Shown here: piece after piece, positions 12,796 to 24,754 of the stretch | How positions within the stretch are numbered: the stretch's first letter is position 1 | How the letters are laid out: each line of letters begins with the position of its first letter | Assembly: GCF_963921235.1 (NCBI RefSeq) | Contig: NC_086097.1 | Location: 254,450,001-254,514,000, forward strand | DNA from: Mobula hypostoma | Lineage: Eukaryota | DNA length: 64,000 nt | Direction of reading: 5' to 3' | The notes under the pieces: generated by a model | Databases searched by the model: none | The model's input: only the letters and a program-made list of their open reading frames with translations | Told to the model about the DNA's origin: nothing | Program-made: the position numbers and the translations under genes

Positions 12796-15700
12796 TAGAA
12801 CATAGAACATAGAATAGTACAGCACAGTACCCAGGCCCTTCGGCCCACGATGTCGTGCCGACCCTTAAATCCTGCCTCCCATATAACCCCCCCACCTTAA
12901 TTTCCTCCATATACCTGTCTAGTAGTCTCTTAAATTTCACTAATGTATCTGCCTCCACCACTGACTCAGGCAGTGCATTCCACGCGCCAACCTCTCTCTG
13001 AGTAAAAAACCTTCCTCTAATATCCCCCTTGAACTTCCCACCCCTAACCTTCAAACCATGTCCCCTTGTATTGAGCAGTGGTGCCCTGGGGAAGAGGAGC
13101 TGGCTATCCACTCTATCTATTCCTCTTAATATCTTGTATACCTCTATCATGTCTCCTCTCATCCTCCTTCTCTCCAAAGAGTAAAGCCCCAGCTCCCTTA
13201 ATCTCTGATCATAATCCATACTCTCTAAACCAGGCAGCATCCTGGTAAATCTCCTCTGTACCCTTTCCAATGTTTCCACATCCTTCCTATAGTGAGGTGA
13301 CCAGAACTGGACACAGTACTCCAAGTGTGGCCTAACCAGAGTTTTATAGAGCTGCATCATTATCTCGTGACTCTTAAACTCTATCCCTCGACTTATGAAA
13401 GCTAACAGGGTAGTTAAGCTTTCTTAACTACCCTACCTACCTGTGAGGCAACTTTCAGGGATCTGTGGACATGTACACCCAGATCCCTCTGCTCCTCCAC
13501 ACTACCAAGTATCCTGCCATTTACTTTGTACTCTGCCTTGGAGTTTGTCCTTCCAAAGTGTACCACCTCACACTTCTCCAGCTTGAACTCCATCTGCCAT
13601 TTCTCAGCCCACTTCTGCATCCTATCAACGTCTCTCTGCAATCTTCAACAATTCTCTACACTATTCATAACACCACCAACCTTTGTGTCGTTTGCAAACT
13701 TGCCAACCCACCCTTCTACCCCTACGTCCAGGTCGTTAATAAAAATCACGAAAAGTAGAGGTCCCAGAACCGATCCTTGTGGGACACCACTAGTCACAAC
13801 CCTCAATCCGAATGTACTCCCTCCACCACGACCCTCTGCTTTCTGCAGGCAAGCCAATTCTGAATCCACCTGGCCAAACTTCCCTGGATCCCATGCCTTC
13901 TGACTTCTTGAATAAGCCTACCGTGTGGAACCTTGTCAAATGCCTTACTAAAATCCATGTAGATCACATCCACTGCACTACCCTCATCTATATGCCTGGT
14001 CACCTCCTCAAGGAACTCTATCAGGCTTGTTAGACACGATCTGCCCTTCATAAAGCCATGCTGTCTGTCCCTGATCAGACCATGATTCTCTAAATGCCCA
14101 TACATCCTACCTCTAAGAATCTTTTCCAACAGCTTTCCCACCACAGACGTAAGGCTCACTGGTATATAATTACCCGGACTATCCCTACTACCTCTTTTGA
14201 ACAAGGGGACAACATTCGCCTCCCTCCAATCCTCCGGAACCATCATAGGATCATACAACAAAGATCCTACCCAGAGGCTCAGCAATCTCTTCCCTCGCCT
14301 CGTGGAGCAGCCTGGGGAATATTCCATCAGGCCCTGGAGACTTATCCGTACTAATGCATTTTAACAACTCCAACACCTCCTCTCCCTTAATATCAACATG
14401 CTCCAGAACATCAATCTCACTCATATTGGTCCTCACCATCGTCAAGTTCCCTTTCACTGGGGAATACCGAAGAGAAGTATTCATTGAGGACCTCGCTCAC
14501 TTCCACACCCTCCAGGCACATCTTCCCACCCTTATCTCTAATCATTCCTACCTTCACTCCTGTCATCCTTTTGTTCTTCACATAATTGAAGAATGCTTTG
14601 GGGTTTTCCTTCACCCTGCTCACCAAGGCCTTCTCATGCCCCCTTCTTGCTCTTCTCAGCCCCTTCTTAAGCTCCTTTCTTTCTACCTCAATAGACCCAT
14701 CTGATCCTTGCTTCCTAAACCTCAAGTATGCTGCCTTCTTCCACCTGATTAGTTCTAGCCTTATAGCCTCATAATTTGGCCTTCCCCAATTCAAAATTTC
14801 CCTGTCCTCTCTGATTCTACCCTTTTCCATGACGATGTTAAAGGCCAAGGAGCGGTGGTCACTGTCCCCCAGATGCTCACCCACTGAGAGATCTGTGACC
14901 TGACCCGGTTCGTTACCCAGTACTAGATCTAGTATGGCATTCCCCCTAGTCGGCCTGTCCACATACTGTGACAGGAATCCATCCTGGACACACTTAATAA
15001 ACTCTGTCCCATCTAAACCCTCGGAACTAATCAGGTGCCAATCAATATCAGGGAAGTTAAAGTCACCCATGATAACAACCCTGTTATTTTTGCACCTTTC
15101 CAAAATCTGCCTCCCAATCTGCTCCTCTGTATCTCTGCTGCTACCAGGGGGCCTATAGAGTAACTGCTCCCTTCCTATTCCTGACTTCCACCCATACCGA
15201 CTCAAAAGAGGATCTTGCTACATTACCCACCCTTTCTGTAGCTGTAATAGTATCTCTAACCAGTAATGCCACCCCTCCTCCCCTTCCCCCCCTCTTTATC
15301 CCTTTTAAAGCACTGAAATCCAGGAATATTGAGAATCCATTCCTGCCCTGGTGCCAGCCAAGTCTCTGTAATGGCCACTACATCATAATTCCATGTATGT
15401 ATCCAAGCTCTCAGTTCATCACCTTTGTTCCTGATGCTTCTTGCATTGAGGTACACACACTTCAGCCCTTCTGCCTTATTGTCTTTACACCGTTTATTCT
15501 GCTTCTCTTTCCTCAAAGCCTCTCTGTATGTTAGCTCTAGCTTTACTCCAGGCACTTCTTTCACTGCTCTGTCACTCTTGGTCCCACCCCCCTTGCAAAT
15601 TAGTTTAAACCCTCCCGAACCATGCTAGCACACCAAACTACAAGGATATTGCTCCCCCTCGAGTTCAGGTGCAACCCACCCAATCTGTACAGATCCCACC

Positions 15701-16298
15701 TTGCCCAGAAGAGATCCCAATTATCCAAAAATCTAAAACCCTGCCCTCTGCACCAACTCCTCAGCCATGCTTTCAGCTGCCATCTCCTCCAATTCTTACC
15801 ATCACTGTCACGTAGCACTGGCAGCAATCCTGAGAACGCCACCCTTGAGGTCCTGTTCTTCAGCCTTCTGCCTAGTTCCCGAAACTCACACTTCAGGACC
15901 TCATCCCTCTTCCTGCCTATGTCGTTGGTGCCAACATGTATCACGACTTCTGGGTGCTTTCCCTTTCGTACCAGGATGTCGTGCACCTGGTCAGAGACAT
16001 CCCGGACCCTGGCACTCGGGAGGCAACAAACCATGCGGGTGTCCTTCTCACGCCCACAAAATCTCCTGTCTGCTCCCCTGACTATAGAGTCTCCAATGAC
16101 AACAGCTCTCCTCTTCTCCGTCCCACCCTTCTGCACCACAGGGTCAGACTCAGTGGCGGAGGCCCTGCCACCGTGGATCAAGCCGGTTGGTCGTCCCCGC
16201 CAACAGTATCCAGGACGGTAAACTTATTCTTCAGGGGAATGGCTACAGGGGTGCTCTGCACTACCTGTCTGCTCACCTTCGCTTTCCCCCCTCTGACT
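12796..16298 (-). mobile_element. Long CR1 LINE (ORF1 part plus ORF2, frameshifted and internally deleted)
   Basis: APE motifs YLNARS, AITETWL, MGDFNFPDIDW and SDH; RT motifs DFSKAFDKV, GVPQGS and FANDTK; (catagaa)n tail. Close relative of 37815-40204. Confidence 0.92.
15600..16181 (-). CDS. CR1 ORF1, SGNH/GDSL esterase-like domain
   Basis: Blocks VIGDSIVRG, HVGTND and GLHLN, immediately upstream of ORF2. Confidence 0.8.
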   Translation of the reverse strand: MIHGGRASATESDPVVQKGGTEKRRAVVIGDSIVRGADRRFCGREKDTRMVCCLPSARVRDVSDQVHDILVRKGKHPEVVIHVGTNDIGRKRDEVLKCEFRELGRRLKNRTSRVAFSGLLPVLRDSDGKNWRRWQLKAWLRSWCRGQGFRFLDNWDLFWARWDLYRLGGLHLNSRGSNILVVWCASMVREGLN

Positions 16299-17174
16299 GA
16301 ATGAATAAATAGTTGACATTTCTAGCCAAGACCCAGGTCTCGGATTTTGTGTGTGTTAATTCTCTGCTGGGTCTGATGGACATATTTTCTGTCATTGAAT
16401 GCAGTGGCTGGAAATGGGAGTAGATTGAATAATAGCAATCAAAAGGGAATTAGAGCCGCATTTGAACAGGAGAAAGTGCATTTCCATGGAGGAACTGTGA
16501 TTAACTCGATTAGTCTTTCAGAGAATTGACAGTCATCTTGACCTGAAAGGTCTCTATTTATGCCATGTGAATCTATTATTAGTCACCCTGGTCTAGGCAA
16601 AATAACTGAAGACAATGCCTTACCTTAACCTTTTGGTATGCGTTCCTCAGCCAACAAAAATGAAAACAGACTAAAACTTCATTGCTTTTGTAACCATTTG
16701 TGGAAGCATCACACTGAACAATTTAACTGATGTGTCTGCCCACAAAGCGACTGCAGATACCAGTCAGCCATGGGCTGTAAACTACCTTGAGATGTTTCAG
16801 GGTTTAAAAGCCAGTTATACCATGGAGTCCTTCATAGAGCATTGAACATCACAGCACAGTACAGGCCCTTTGGTCTACAGTGTTGTGTCAGCCTCTTAAA
16901 TACTCGCACGTCAATCTAACCCTTCCCTCCCACATAACTCTCCAGTTTACTATCATCCAATCAAAGAGTCTCTGAAATCCCCCTGGTGTATCCGCCTCTA
17001 CCAGCACACCAGGCAGGGCGCTATATGCACCCACCACTCTCTGTGTAAAAACCCTACCTCTAACATCACCCCTAGACTTTCCTCCAATCACATTCAAATT
17101 ATGCCCCAAGGTATTAGCCTTTTTTCCCCAGGGACAAAGTTGCTTGCTGTCCACTCTATCCATGGAACATCCAG

Positions 17175-17725
17175 ACAGCAACGATGCACACTTCAGGGTG
17201 CTATTTATTGATTACAGCTTGGCACTTAATACCATCATCCCCTCAAAACTAATCAATAAGCTCCAAGACCTTGGCCTCAATTCCTCCTTGTGCAATGGAA
17301 TCCTGAATTTCCTCACTTGAAGACCCCAGTCATTTCGGTCAACAACATCTCCTCCATAATCTCCATCAGCACAAATGCACAACAGGGATGTGTACTTAGC
17401 CCCCTACTCTACTCGCTTTACACCTATGACTGTGTGGCTAAGCACAGCTCCAACACCATATACAGGTTTGCTGATGACACCACTGTTGTGGGCCGTATCA
17501 AAGGCGGTGATGAATAGGCAGACGGGAGGGATATTGAAAGTTTCACTGAGTGGTGTCATAACAACAACCTCTCACTCAACGTTAACAAGTCCAAAATCGT
17601 AGACTTCAGGAGGAGGAAACCCAAGGTCCATGAACCACTCCTCACCAGAGGTGGAGAGGGTGAGCAACTATAAATTCCAGGGTGTTACTATCTCAGAGGA
17701 CCTTTCCTGGACACAGCACATAAAT
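17175..17725 (+). mobile_element. Rex1/Babar-like LINE RT fragment
   Basis: [17 protein letters not shown] and RFADDTTVVG. Confidence 0.75.
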
Positions 17726-19872
17726 GTAGAAACATAGAAAACCTACATCACAATACAGGCCCTTCGGCCCACAAACATGTCCATACCTTAGAAATTACTA
17801 GGGTTACCTACAGCCCTCTATTTTTCTGAGCTCCATGTACCTATCCAAAAGTCTCTTAAAAGACCCTATCCTATCCGCCTCCACCACCGTTGCTGGCAGC
17901 CCATTCCACGCACTCACCACTCTGAGTAGAAACATAGAAACATAGAAAATAGGTGCAGTAGGCCATTCGGCCCTTCGAGCCTGCACCGCCATTTATTATG
18001 ATTATGGCTGATCATCCAACTCAGAACCCCGCCCCAGACTTCCCTCCATACCCCCTGATCCCCGTAGCCACAAGGGCCATTTCTAACTCCCTCTTAAATA
18101 TAGCCAATGAACTGGCCTCAACTGTTTCCTGTGGCAGAGAATTCCACAGATTCACCACTCTCTGTGTGAAGAAGTTTTTCCTAATCTCGGTCCTAAAAGG
18201 CTTCCCCTCTATCCTCAAACTGTGACCCCTCGTTCTGGACTTCCCCAACATCGGGAACAATCTTCCTGCATCTAGCCTGTCCAATCCCTTTAGGATTTTA
18301 TACGTTTCAATCAGATCCCCCCTCAATCTTCTAAATTCCAACGAGTACAAGCCCAGTTCATCCAGTCTTTCTTCATATGAAAGTCCTGCCATCCCAGGAA
18401 TCAATCTGGTGAACCTTCTTTGTACTCCCTCTATGGCAAGGATGTCTTTCCTCAGATTAGGGGACCAAAACTGCACACAATACTCCAGGTGTGGTCTCAC
18501 CAAGGCCTTGTACAACTGCAGTAGTACCTCCCTGCTCCTGTACTCGAAACCTCTCGCTATAAATGCCAGCATACCATTCGCCTTTTTCACCGCCTGCTGT
18601 ACCTGCATGCCCACTTTCAATGACTGGTGTATAATGACACCCAGGTCTCGTTGCACCTCCCCTTTTCCTAATCGGCCACCATTCTGATAATAATCTGTTT
18701 TCCTATTTTTGCCACCAAAGTGGATAACTTCACATTTATCCACATTAAATTGCATCTGTCATGAATTTGCCCACTCACCCAACCTATCCAAGTCACCCTG
18801 CATCCTCTTCACAGCTAACACTGCCACCCAGCTTCGTGTCATCCGCAAACTTGGAGATGCTGCATTTAATTCCCTCATCCAAGTCATTAATATATATTGT
18901 AAACAACTGGGGTCCCAGCACTGAGCCTTGCGGTACCCCACTAGTCACAGCCTGCCATTCTGAAAAGGTCCCGTTTATTCCCACTCTTTGCTTCCTGTCT
19001 GCTAATTAATTCTCCACCCACACCAATACCTTACCCCCAATACCGTGTGCTTTAAGTTTGCACACTAATCTCCTGTGTGGGACCTTGTCAAAAGCCTTTT
19101 GAAAATCCAAATATACCACATCCACTGGTTCTCCCCTATCCACTCTACTAGTTACATCCTCAAAAAATTCTATGAGATTCGTCAGACATGATTTTCCTTT
19201 CACAAATCCATGCTGACTTTCTCCAATGATTTCACCGCTTTCCAAATGTGCTGTTATCACATCCTTGATAACTGACTCCAGCAGTTTCCCCACCACTGAC
19301 GTTAGGCTAACCGGTCTATAATTCCCCGGTTTCTCTCTCGCTCCTTTTTTAAAAAGTGGGGTTACATTAGCCACCCTCCAATCCTCAGGAACTAGTCCAG
19401 AATTTAACAAGTTTTGAAAAATTATCACTAATGCATCCACTATTTCTTGGGCTACTTCCTTAAGCACTCTAGGATGCAGACCATCTGGCCCTGGGGATTT
19501 ATCTGCCTTCAATCCCTTCAATTTAACCTAACACCACTTCCCTACTAACATGTATTTCACTCAGTTCCTCCATCTCACTGGACCCTCTGTCCCCTACTAT
19601 TTCTGGAAGATTATTTATGTCCTCCTTAGTGAAGACAGAACCAAAGTAATTATTCAATTGGCCTGCCATGTCCTTGCTCCCCATAATCAATTCACCTGTT
19701 TCTGTCTGCAGGGGACCTACATTTGTCTTTACCAGTCTTTTCCTTTTTACATATCTATAAAAGCTTTTACAGTCCGTTTTTATGTTCCCTGCCAGTTTTC
19801 TCTCATAATCTTTTCTCCCCTTCCTAATTAAGCCCTTTGTCCTCCTCTGCTGAACTCTGAATTTCTCCCAGT

Positions 19873-20725
19873 TGTTACGTACCCCGTAACTGGGTTGCCA
19901 AACCAGCAGAAATGGATCACTCAGTTGGAGTCTGGAGTACTAGAACTAAGAAAGTTTTATTAAAGAAACAAGCAACACATTAATCGAAAGGATAATAAAT
20001 GCAGCGATGATAAACGCACATGTGCACAGAATTAAGATAACAGCATCAATCAAGCTCTATCGTTGTCTAGGGGTAAATGACCAATTTCAAAATGACTCAA
20101 AGTTCAGTCCAGTTTAGTAGTTCAGTTCGCAGTAATCGTTGCCATGGCGGTGGACAATGTGGGGGAAGAGAGAGATAGAATAGGAACAACTCATCATTCA
20201 GAACGGCTTCACTCACAGACCAGCAAGATGGCTCACAAACAGCTTTTTGGGCGGGTCCTTGGTGATGTCACCTGAGGTCACCGACTGTGACCCCTCCTCC
20301 AGATGCGGTCGATCCTCTGCAGTGAACCCGGCACCCAGGCAAGGGCGGACACACACCGGGTTCCCGCTGATCGTACCTTTCCACCCTTGTCGTTGTCTGG
20401 GACTTCTCACCCACTCGTGAGAAGCGCACCGCTTCCAGGGTCTCGTTACCTCGGGTGGCGTGTGTGTCTGTCTTAGCGAACCTGTCCCTTTTTATCCCCC
20501 TGCTGGGGTATCGCCTGTCCATCACTTCAAACAGTTCAGGGTTCAAAGGGGGGAGCCGCTCCAGACAGCTCTTCCTCCCACATCCCTTCATTACACATCT
20601 CCAGACGCTGCTCCATTGTTCCTTATCTCTCCTTCCCCTGAGGGCAGGTGGCAGACCAACTGCTGATGCCACTGATGCTAGCCCAGGCCAGCAAACATCT
20701 TAATTTTATGTGTATTCTCGTAACA
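19873..20725 (-). repeat. 3' LTR (853 bp)
   Basis: Direct repeat of 23904-24754. Minus-strand AATAAA at 19956-19961 and TATA-like GATAAAAA at 20489-20496. Confidence 0.95.
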
Positions 20726-20738
20726 CTTCCCCCCTTTA
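20726..20738 (-). other. Polypurine tract
   Basis: Minus strand (T)AAAGGGGGGAAG directly abuts the TGTTAC of the 3' LTR. Confidence 0.85.
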
Positions 20739-20897
20739 AGGATTTTTACCGGGAGGTAAAAATTACAAACATGACTACATTATCTGATACATACACAATA
20801 TACATCTTTAACAGTTATTTAGCTAATACAGAGAATTTGAAGCTGTCAACACCTTGACAGACAGTCATCACATTTTCTGTTCCTTTTACACGTGTTA

Positions 20898-23804
20898 TTA
20901 ATAATCCCTTAGACCAGGCTCCAACTCAGCAAACTTCATAGTGGCCAAAAACACTGATGAATTGCGACCAATGTAACCTCTCATTTGGTTTTGTCCCGGA
21001 CCACAATAACAAGGGTCGTCCCATTCCGACTCAATTTTGTCTCGCAAGGGCTTAGTAGGAGGGGGACGGGTATTGACCGCAGAGTTATTGCAAAACTTCC
21101 TGCAGTACCCCACCATCTCCAAAAGCCTTCTGAGGGCCCTCTTGTCTGTCGGGGTTGGGAGGTCAGCGATAGCCTGCACTGTAGCTTGCATCGCTGCCAG
21201 CTGCCCCTGTGTCACCACAATTCCCAGGTAAGTGACATTCGTGTGGCCGAATTCATTTTTTCCAAGGCTCACTATCACGCTGGCTTCAGACAGCCGTATT
21301 AAATTGCCAATACACACCTCTGTGTTCATCAGCCCTTTAGTCACTGAATTACTCGAAAAATATGGGTGTTGTTTGCTTGGCTGCCCTATTGTAACAGACA
21401 TAACCCAACGTCCCAGTTCTTTGCATTTCCTCGGGACAATCAAACACATGGGTGCGAGTCGTTTAATTACTCCTTCGGGGATTAAGGGAGAGACCTTATC
21501 AGTAGACCTGGCCAAAACAATAGCCTTCTCCCATCTGACCGATCCCATCCTAATCTTTTCAAAATGGTTTTTTCCTCTTATCAAGGGGCCCCTAGCTTCA
21601 TTGATTTCCACGCTAACACCGACTAGGTTTGTTAGCATATCAAAAGCCGGTGACCGTCTCAGTTCGCGTCGGTCATGATCAATAACATTTTTCCCCCTGG
21701 GCAGCCGGTAACTCTCTTTCATGATTCCACCAACTGTTTCCTCCAGCACCGCAAAATGTCCACCGGGGGGTACCTCGTGGGCCATGTTAAAAACCTCATC
21801 CCCATAACTCTTTTGCACCACCCCCCACTCCTCATCTGCGGATGCTGTACTTGATTTCCCTTTCTTCCTTAGCACTTCCTCGTCCGCACAATAGCTTGTC
21901 AAGGCTGTGTCAGAGAGAGCGGTCTCTGCCAAAACCATCAGCCCCTCGTCTCGCTCCTGCGTCTGCACAAATTCTTTCCTGGCTACTGCTACGTCCGTCC
22001 CAGCTCCCTCACTACCTCTTATCTCACTACACCCTGTCTCATACAAGGTTGGCAGAAATGTTTCAGCCAAATTCACCATCGCGGGCGGGGCCTCCATGCT
22101 GGCAGGCTGACCCGTCAATCTCACGACTGGGAACACGATTCCTCCGGCGATGTCATTACCGAGCAAGACTTCCACGTCTTTCATCGGTAATTCGGACCTC
22201 ACCCCGATCGTGACTAGTCCAGAGACCAGGTTGCTCTGTATATGTATCTGGTGCAAAGGGACTGACTCTGTCCCTTCCCCAACACCTTTGACCTCTACCT
22301 CCCCAGTCTGGGTCTCTGAGCTAAACTCTAATACACTCTTCAGTATTAGTGACTGACACGCTCCCGTGTCTCTCCAGATCCGCACTGGAACTGGTTTTAA
22401 CCTCTTTTTCACTGACACCAGTCCGGCCGAGATAAACCTCTCGCGCCCTTCCTGGACTTTTTCAGACCTGTCCTTCCCTAGCGGTTCGCTTAACAGCTCA
22501 ATACAGCCATTCAAAATTTCCGCTTTTCCTTTCCCCGTCTCCTTCCTTGGGGCAAAGCACCTGGACGCAAAGTGTCCGACTTTCCCACAATTATAACAGA
22601 CGACCCCAGGAGACTTCCTACCAGACTGCTCCCGGTCTACCTTATCCTTTTCACTAGTCCCCGGCTTACTTTCTGACTTTTCCGGTGGACTCTCCCCGCC
22701 GTCCTGACTACCCTTCTGGTAGCCTTTACTCGGGGCAACCTTCATTTTATGCGTCAACGCATACTCATCCGCTAACTTAGCAGTTGCGGCTAACGTGGCT
22801 GCCTCTTTCTCATCGAGGTAGGGTCTCATACCCTCAGGGACACAACCTTTAAACTGCTCAATCAGAACCAGTTGCAGCAGTCTGTCATAATCCCCCTCTA
22901 CCCCTTTCGAGGCGCACCAATGCTCACAATATGTTTGCATCTCGCGAGCAAACTCCAAATACGTGCGGTCCCACCGCTTCCTCGCATTCCGGAACCTCTG
23001 CCGGTATGCCTCCGGGACCAACTCATAAATCCTGAGGATGGCCTCTTTCACCACCTCATACCTCTGGGCATCTTCCGCGGATAAAGCGGAGTAAGCTTGT
23101 TGGGCTTTCCCTTTCAGTACACTCTGAAGTAAGACAACCCACTTATCCCTCGGCCATTCCTGACTTATGGCCACTTTTTCGAAATGGAGAAAGTACCGAT
23201 CCACATCGGTATCGTCAAATGGGGGAACCAGCCTAACCTCCTGGGTCGCCCGGAACCCTCCACCTTGGTTCGGCACGAGCCCCTGCTCGGCCCTTATCTT
23301 TAACTTCTCCAGCTCAAATTCCCTTTCCCTCTGTTTCTCCTCTCTCTCCAACTGTCTGTCCCTCTCTCTCTCTTCTCTCTCCAACTGTCTGTCCCTCTCT
23401 CTCTCTTCTCTCTCCAACTGTCTTTCTCTCTCTTGCCTTTCTACCTCTTTCTCTCTCTCCCGCCTTTCTAACTCTCTCTCTTTCTCCTGCCTTTCTAACT
23501 CTCTCTCTTTCTCCTGCCTTTCTAACTGCCGTACCCGGAACTCGTGCTCGAGTCTCAGTTTTTCAAGCTGTACCTGTACCGCGTCTCCAGCAGGTTTTTC
23601 AATAGACACCTCCCCCAGCTCACCTTGGGGAAACACACCTTTAGATACATAGTGCTCTACAATAGCTCTGTGTATCTCCTCTCTCCTCATTGTCGACTTC
23701 ACCTTAGCAAGATTCACCCGTTTTGCCACAGCTATCAATTCCGATTTCCTGGCATCCTCTAATGCCTCCAAGGTCGGCGCCTTTATAAATTCCTCAACCT
23801 CCAT
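20898..23804 (-). CDS. Gag-protease ORF with degenerate pol remnants (968 aa)
   Basis: E/R/K-rich coiled repeat; SCAN-related capsid (PEAYRQRFR...LIEQFK); CCHC knuckle CYNCGKVGHFASRC; protease RDTGA; IN zinc-finger relic AHEVPPGGHF; RT relics KQHPY and VTYLG...GYCRKF; RNase H relic. Confidence 0.9.
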   Translation of the reverse strand: MEVEEFIKAPTLEALEDARKSELIAVAKRVNLAKVKSTMRREEIHRAIVEHYVSKGVFPQGELGEVSIEKPAGDAVQVQLEKLRLEHEFRVRQLERQEKERELERQEKERELERREREKEVERQERERQLEREERERDRQLEREERERDRQLEREEKQREREFELEKLKIRAEQGLVPNQGGGFRATQEVRLVPPFDDTDVDRYFLHFEKVAISQEWPRDKWVVLLQSVLKGKAQQAYSALSAEDAQRYEVVKEAILRIYELVPEAYRQRFRNARKRWDRTYLEFAREMQTYCEHWCASKGVEGDYDRLLQLVLIEQFKGCVPEGMRPYLDEKEAATLAATAKLADEYALTHKMKVAPSKGYQKGSQDGGESPPEKSESKPGTSEKDKVDREQSGRKSPGVVCYNCGKVGHFASRCFAPRKETGKGKAEILNGCIELLSEPLGKDRSEKVQEGRERFISAGLVSVKKRLKPVPVRIWRDTGACQSLILKSVLEFSSETQTGEVEVKGVGEGTESVPLHQIHIQSNLVSGLVTIGVRSELPMKDVEVLLGNDIAGGIVFPVVRLTGQPASMEAPPAMVNLAETFLPTLYETGCSEIRGSEGAGTDVAVARKEFVQTQERDEGLMVLAETALSDTALTSYCADEEVLRKKGKSSTASADEEWGVVQKSYGDEVFNMAHEVPPGGHFAVLEETVGGIMKESYRLPRGKNVIDHDRRELRRSPAFDMLTNLVGVSVEINEARGPLIRGKNHFEKIRMGSVRWEKAIVLARSTDKVSPLIPEGVIKRLAPMCLIVPRKCKELGRWVMSVTIGQPSKQHPYFSSNSVTKGLMNTEVCIGNLIRLSEASVIVSLGKNEFGHTNVTYLGIVVTQGQLAAMQATVQAIADLPTPTDKRALRRLLEMVGYCRKFCNNSAVNTRPPPTKPLRDKIESEWDDPCYCGPGQNQMRGYIGRNSSVFLATMKFAELEPGLRDY

Positions 23805-23880
23805 TTCTGCTGTTTGTCTTTTCTTTCTTTCGGGAATTTTAACCCAATCAATTTACTCCGTCCCAAATTTAGCGTTCAAA

Positions 23881-23899
23881 ATCGCGGACGAGAACCCCA
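23881..23899 (-). other. Primer binding site, tRNA-Pro-like
   Basis: TGGGGTTCTCGTCCGCGAT lies 4 nt after the 5' LTR and resembles the tRNA-Pro PBS TGGGGGCTCGTCCGGGAT. Confidence 0.75.
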
Positions 23900-23903
23900 C
23901 TTA

Positions 23904-24754
23904 TGTTACGTACCCCGTAACTGGGTTGCCAAACCAGCAGAAATGGATCACTCAGTTGGAGTCTGGAGTACTAGAACTAAGAAAGTTTTATTAAAGAAAC
24001 AAGCAACACATTAATCGAAAGGATAATAAATGCAGCGATGATAAACGCATGTGCACAGAATTAAGATAACAGCATCAATCAAGCTCTATCGTTGTCTAGG
24101 GGTAAATGACCAATTTCAAAATGACTCAAAGTTCAGTCCAGTTTAGTAGTTCAGTTCGCAGTAATCGTTGCCATGGCGGTGGACAATGTGGGGGAAGAGA
24201 GAGATAGAATAGGAACAACTCATCATTCAGAACGGCTTCACTCACAGACCAGCAAGATGGCTCACAAACAGCTTTTTGGGCGGGTCCTTGGTGATGTCAC
24301 CTGAGGTCACCGACTGTGACCCCTCCTCCAGATGCGGTCGATCCTCTGCAGTGAACCCGGCACCCAGGCAAGGGCGGACACACACCGGGTTCCCGCTGAT
24401 CGTACCTTTCCACCCTTGTCGTTGTCTGGGACTTCTCACCCACTCGTGAGAAGCGCACCGCTTCCAGGGTCTCGTTACCTCGGGTGGCGTGTGTGTCTGT
24501 CTTAGCGAACCTGTCCCTTTTTATCCCCCTGCTGGGGTATCGCCTGTCCATCACTTCAAACAGTTCAGGGTTCAAAGGGGGGAGCCGCTCCAGACAGCTC
24601 TTCCTCCCACATCCCTTCATTACACATCTCCAGACGCTGCTCCATTGTTCCTTATCTCTCCTTCCCCTGAGGGCAGGTGGCAGACCAACTGCTGATGCCA
24701 CTGATGCTAGCCCAGGCCAGCAAACATCTTAATTTTATGTGTATTCTCGTAACA
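23904..24754 (-). repeat. 5' LTR (851 bp)
   Basis: The only difference from the 3' LTR that I saw is a 2-bp CA indel (cgcacatgtg vs cgcatgtg). Confidence 0.95.

Larger units (their letters stand above)
19873..24754 (-). mobile_element. Gypsy (Gmr1-like) LTR retrotransposon, non-autonomous, recent insertion
   Basis: Two TG...CA LTRs with TGTTAC/GTAACA ends, 4-bp TSD CAGT (19869-19872 and 24755-24758), PBS, PPT and one internal ORF. Confidence 0.95.

Noticed and set aside
20268..20672. 134-aa ORF present in both LTRs
   Set aside because: No recognisable domain; the duplication simply reflects LTR identity.
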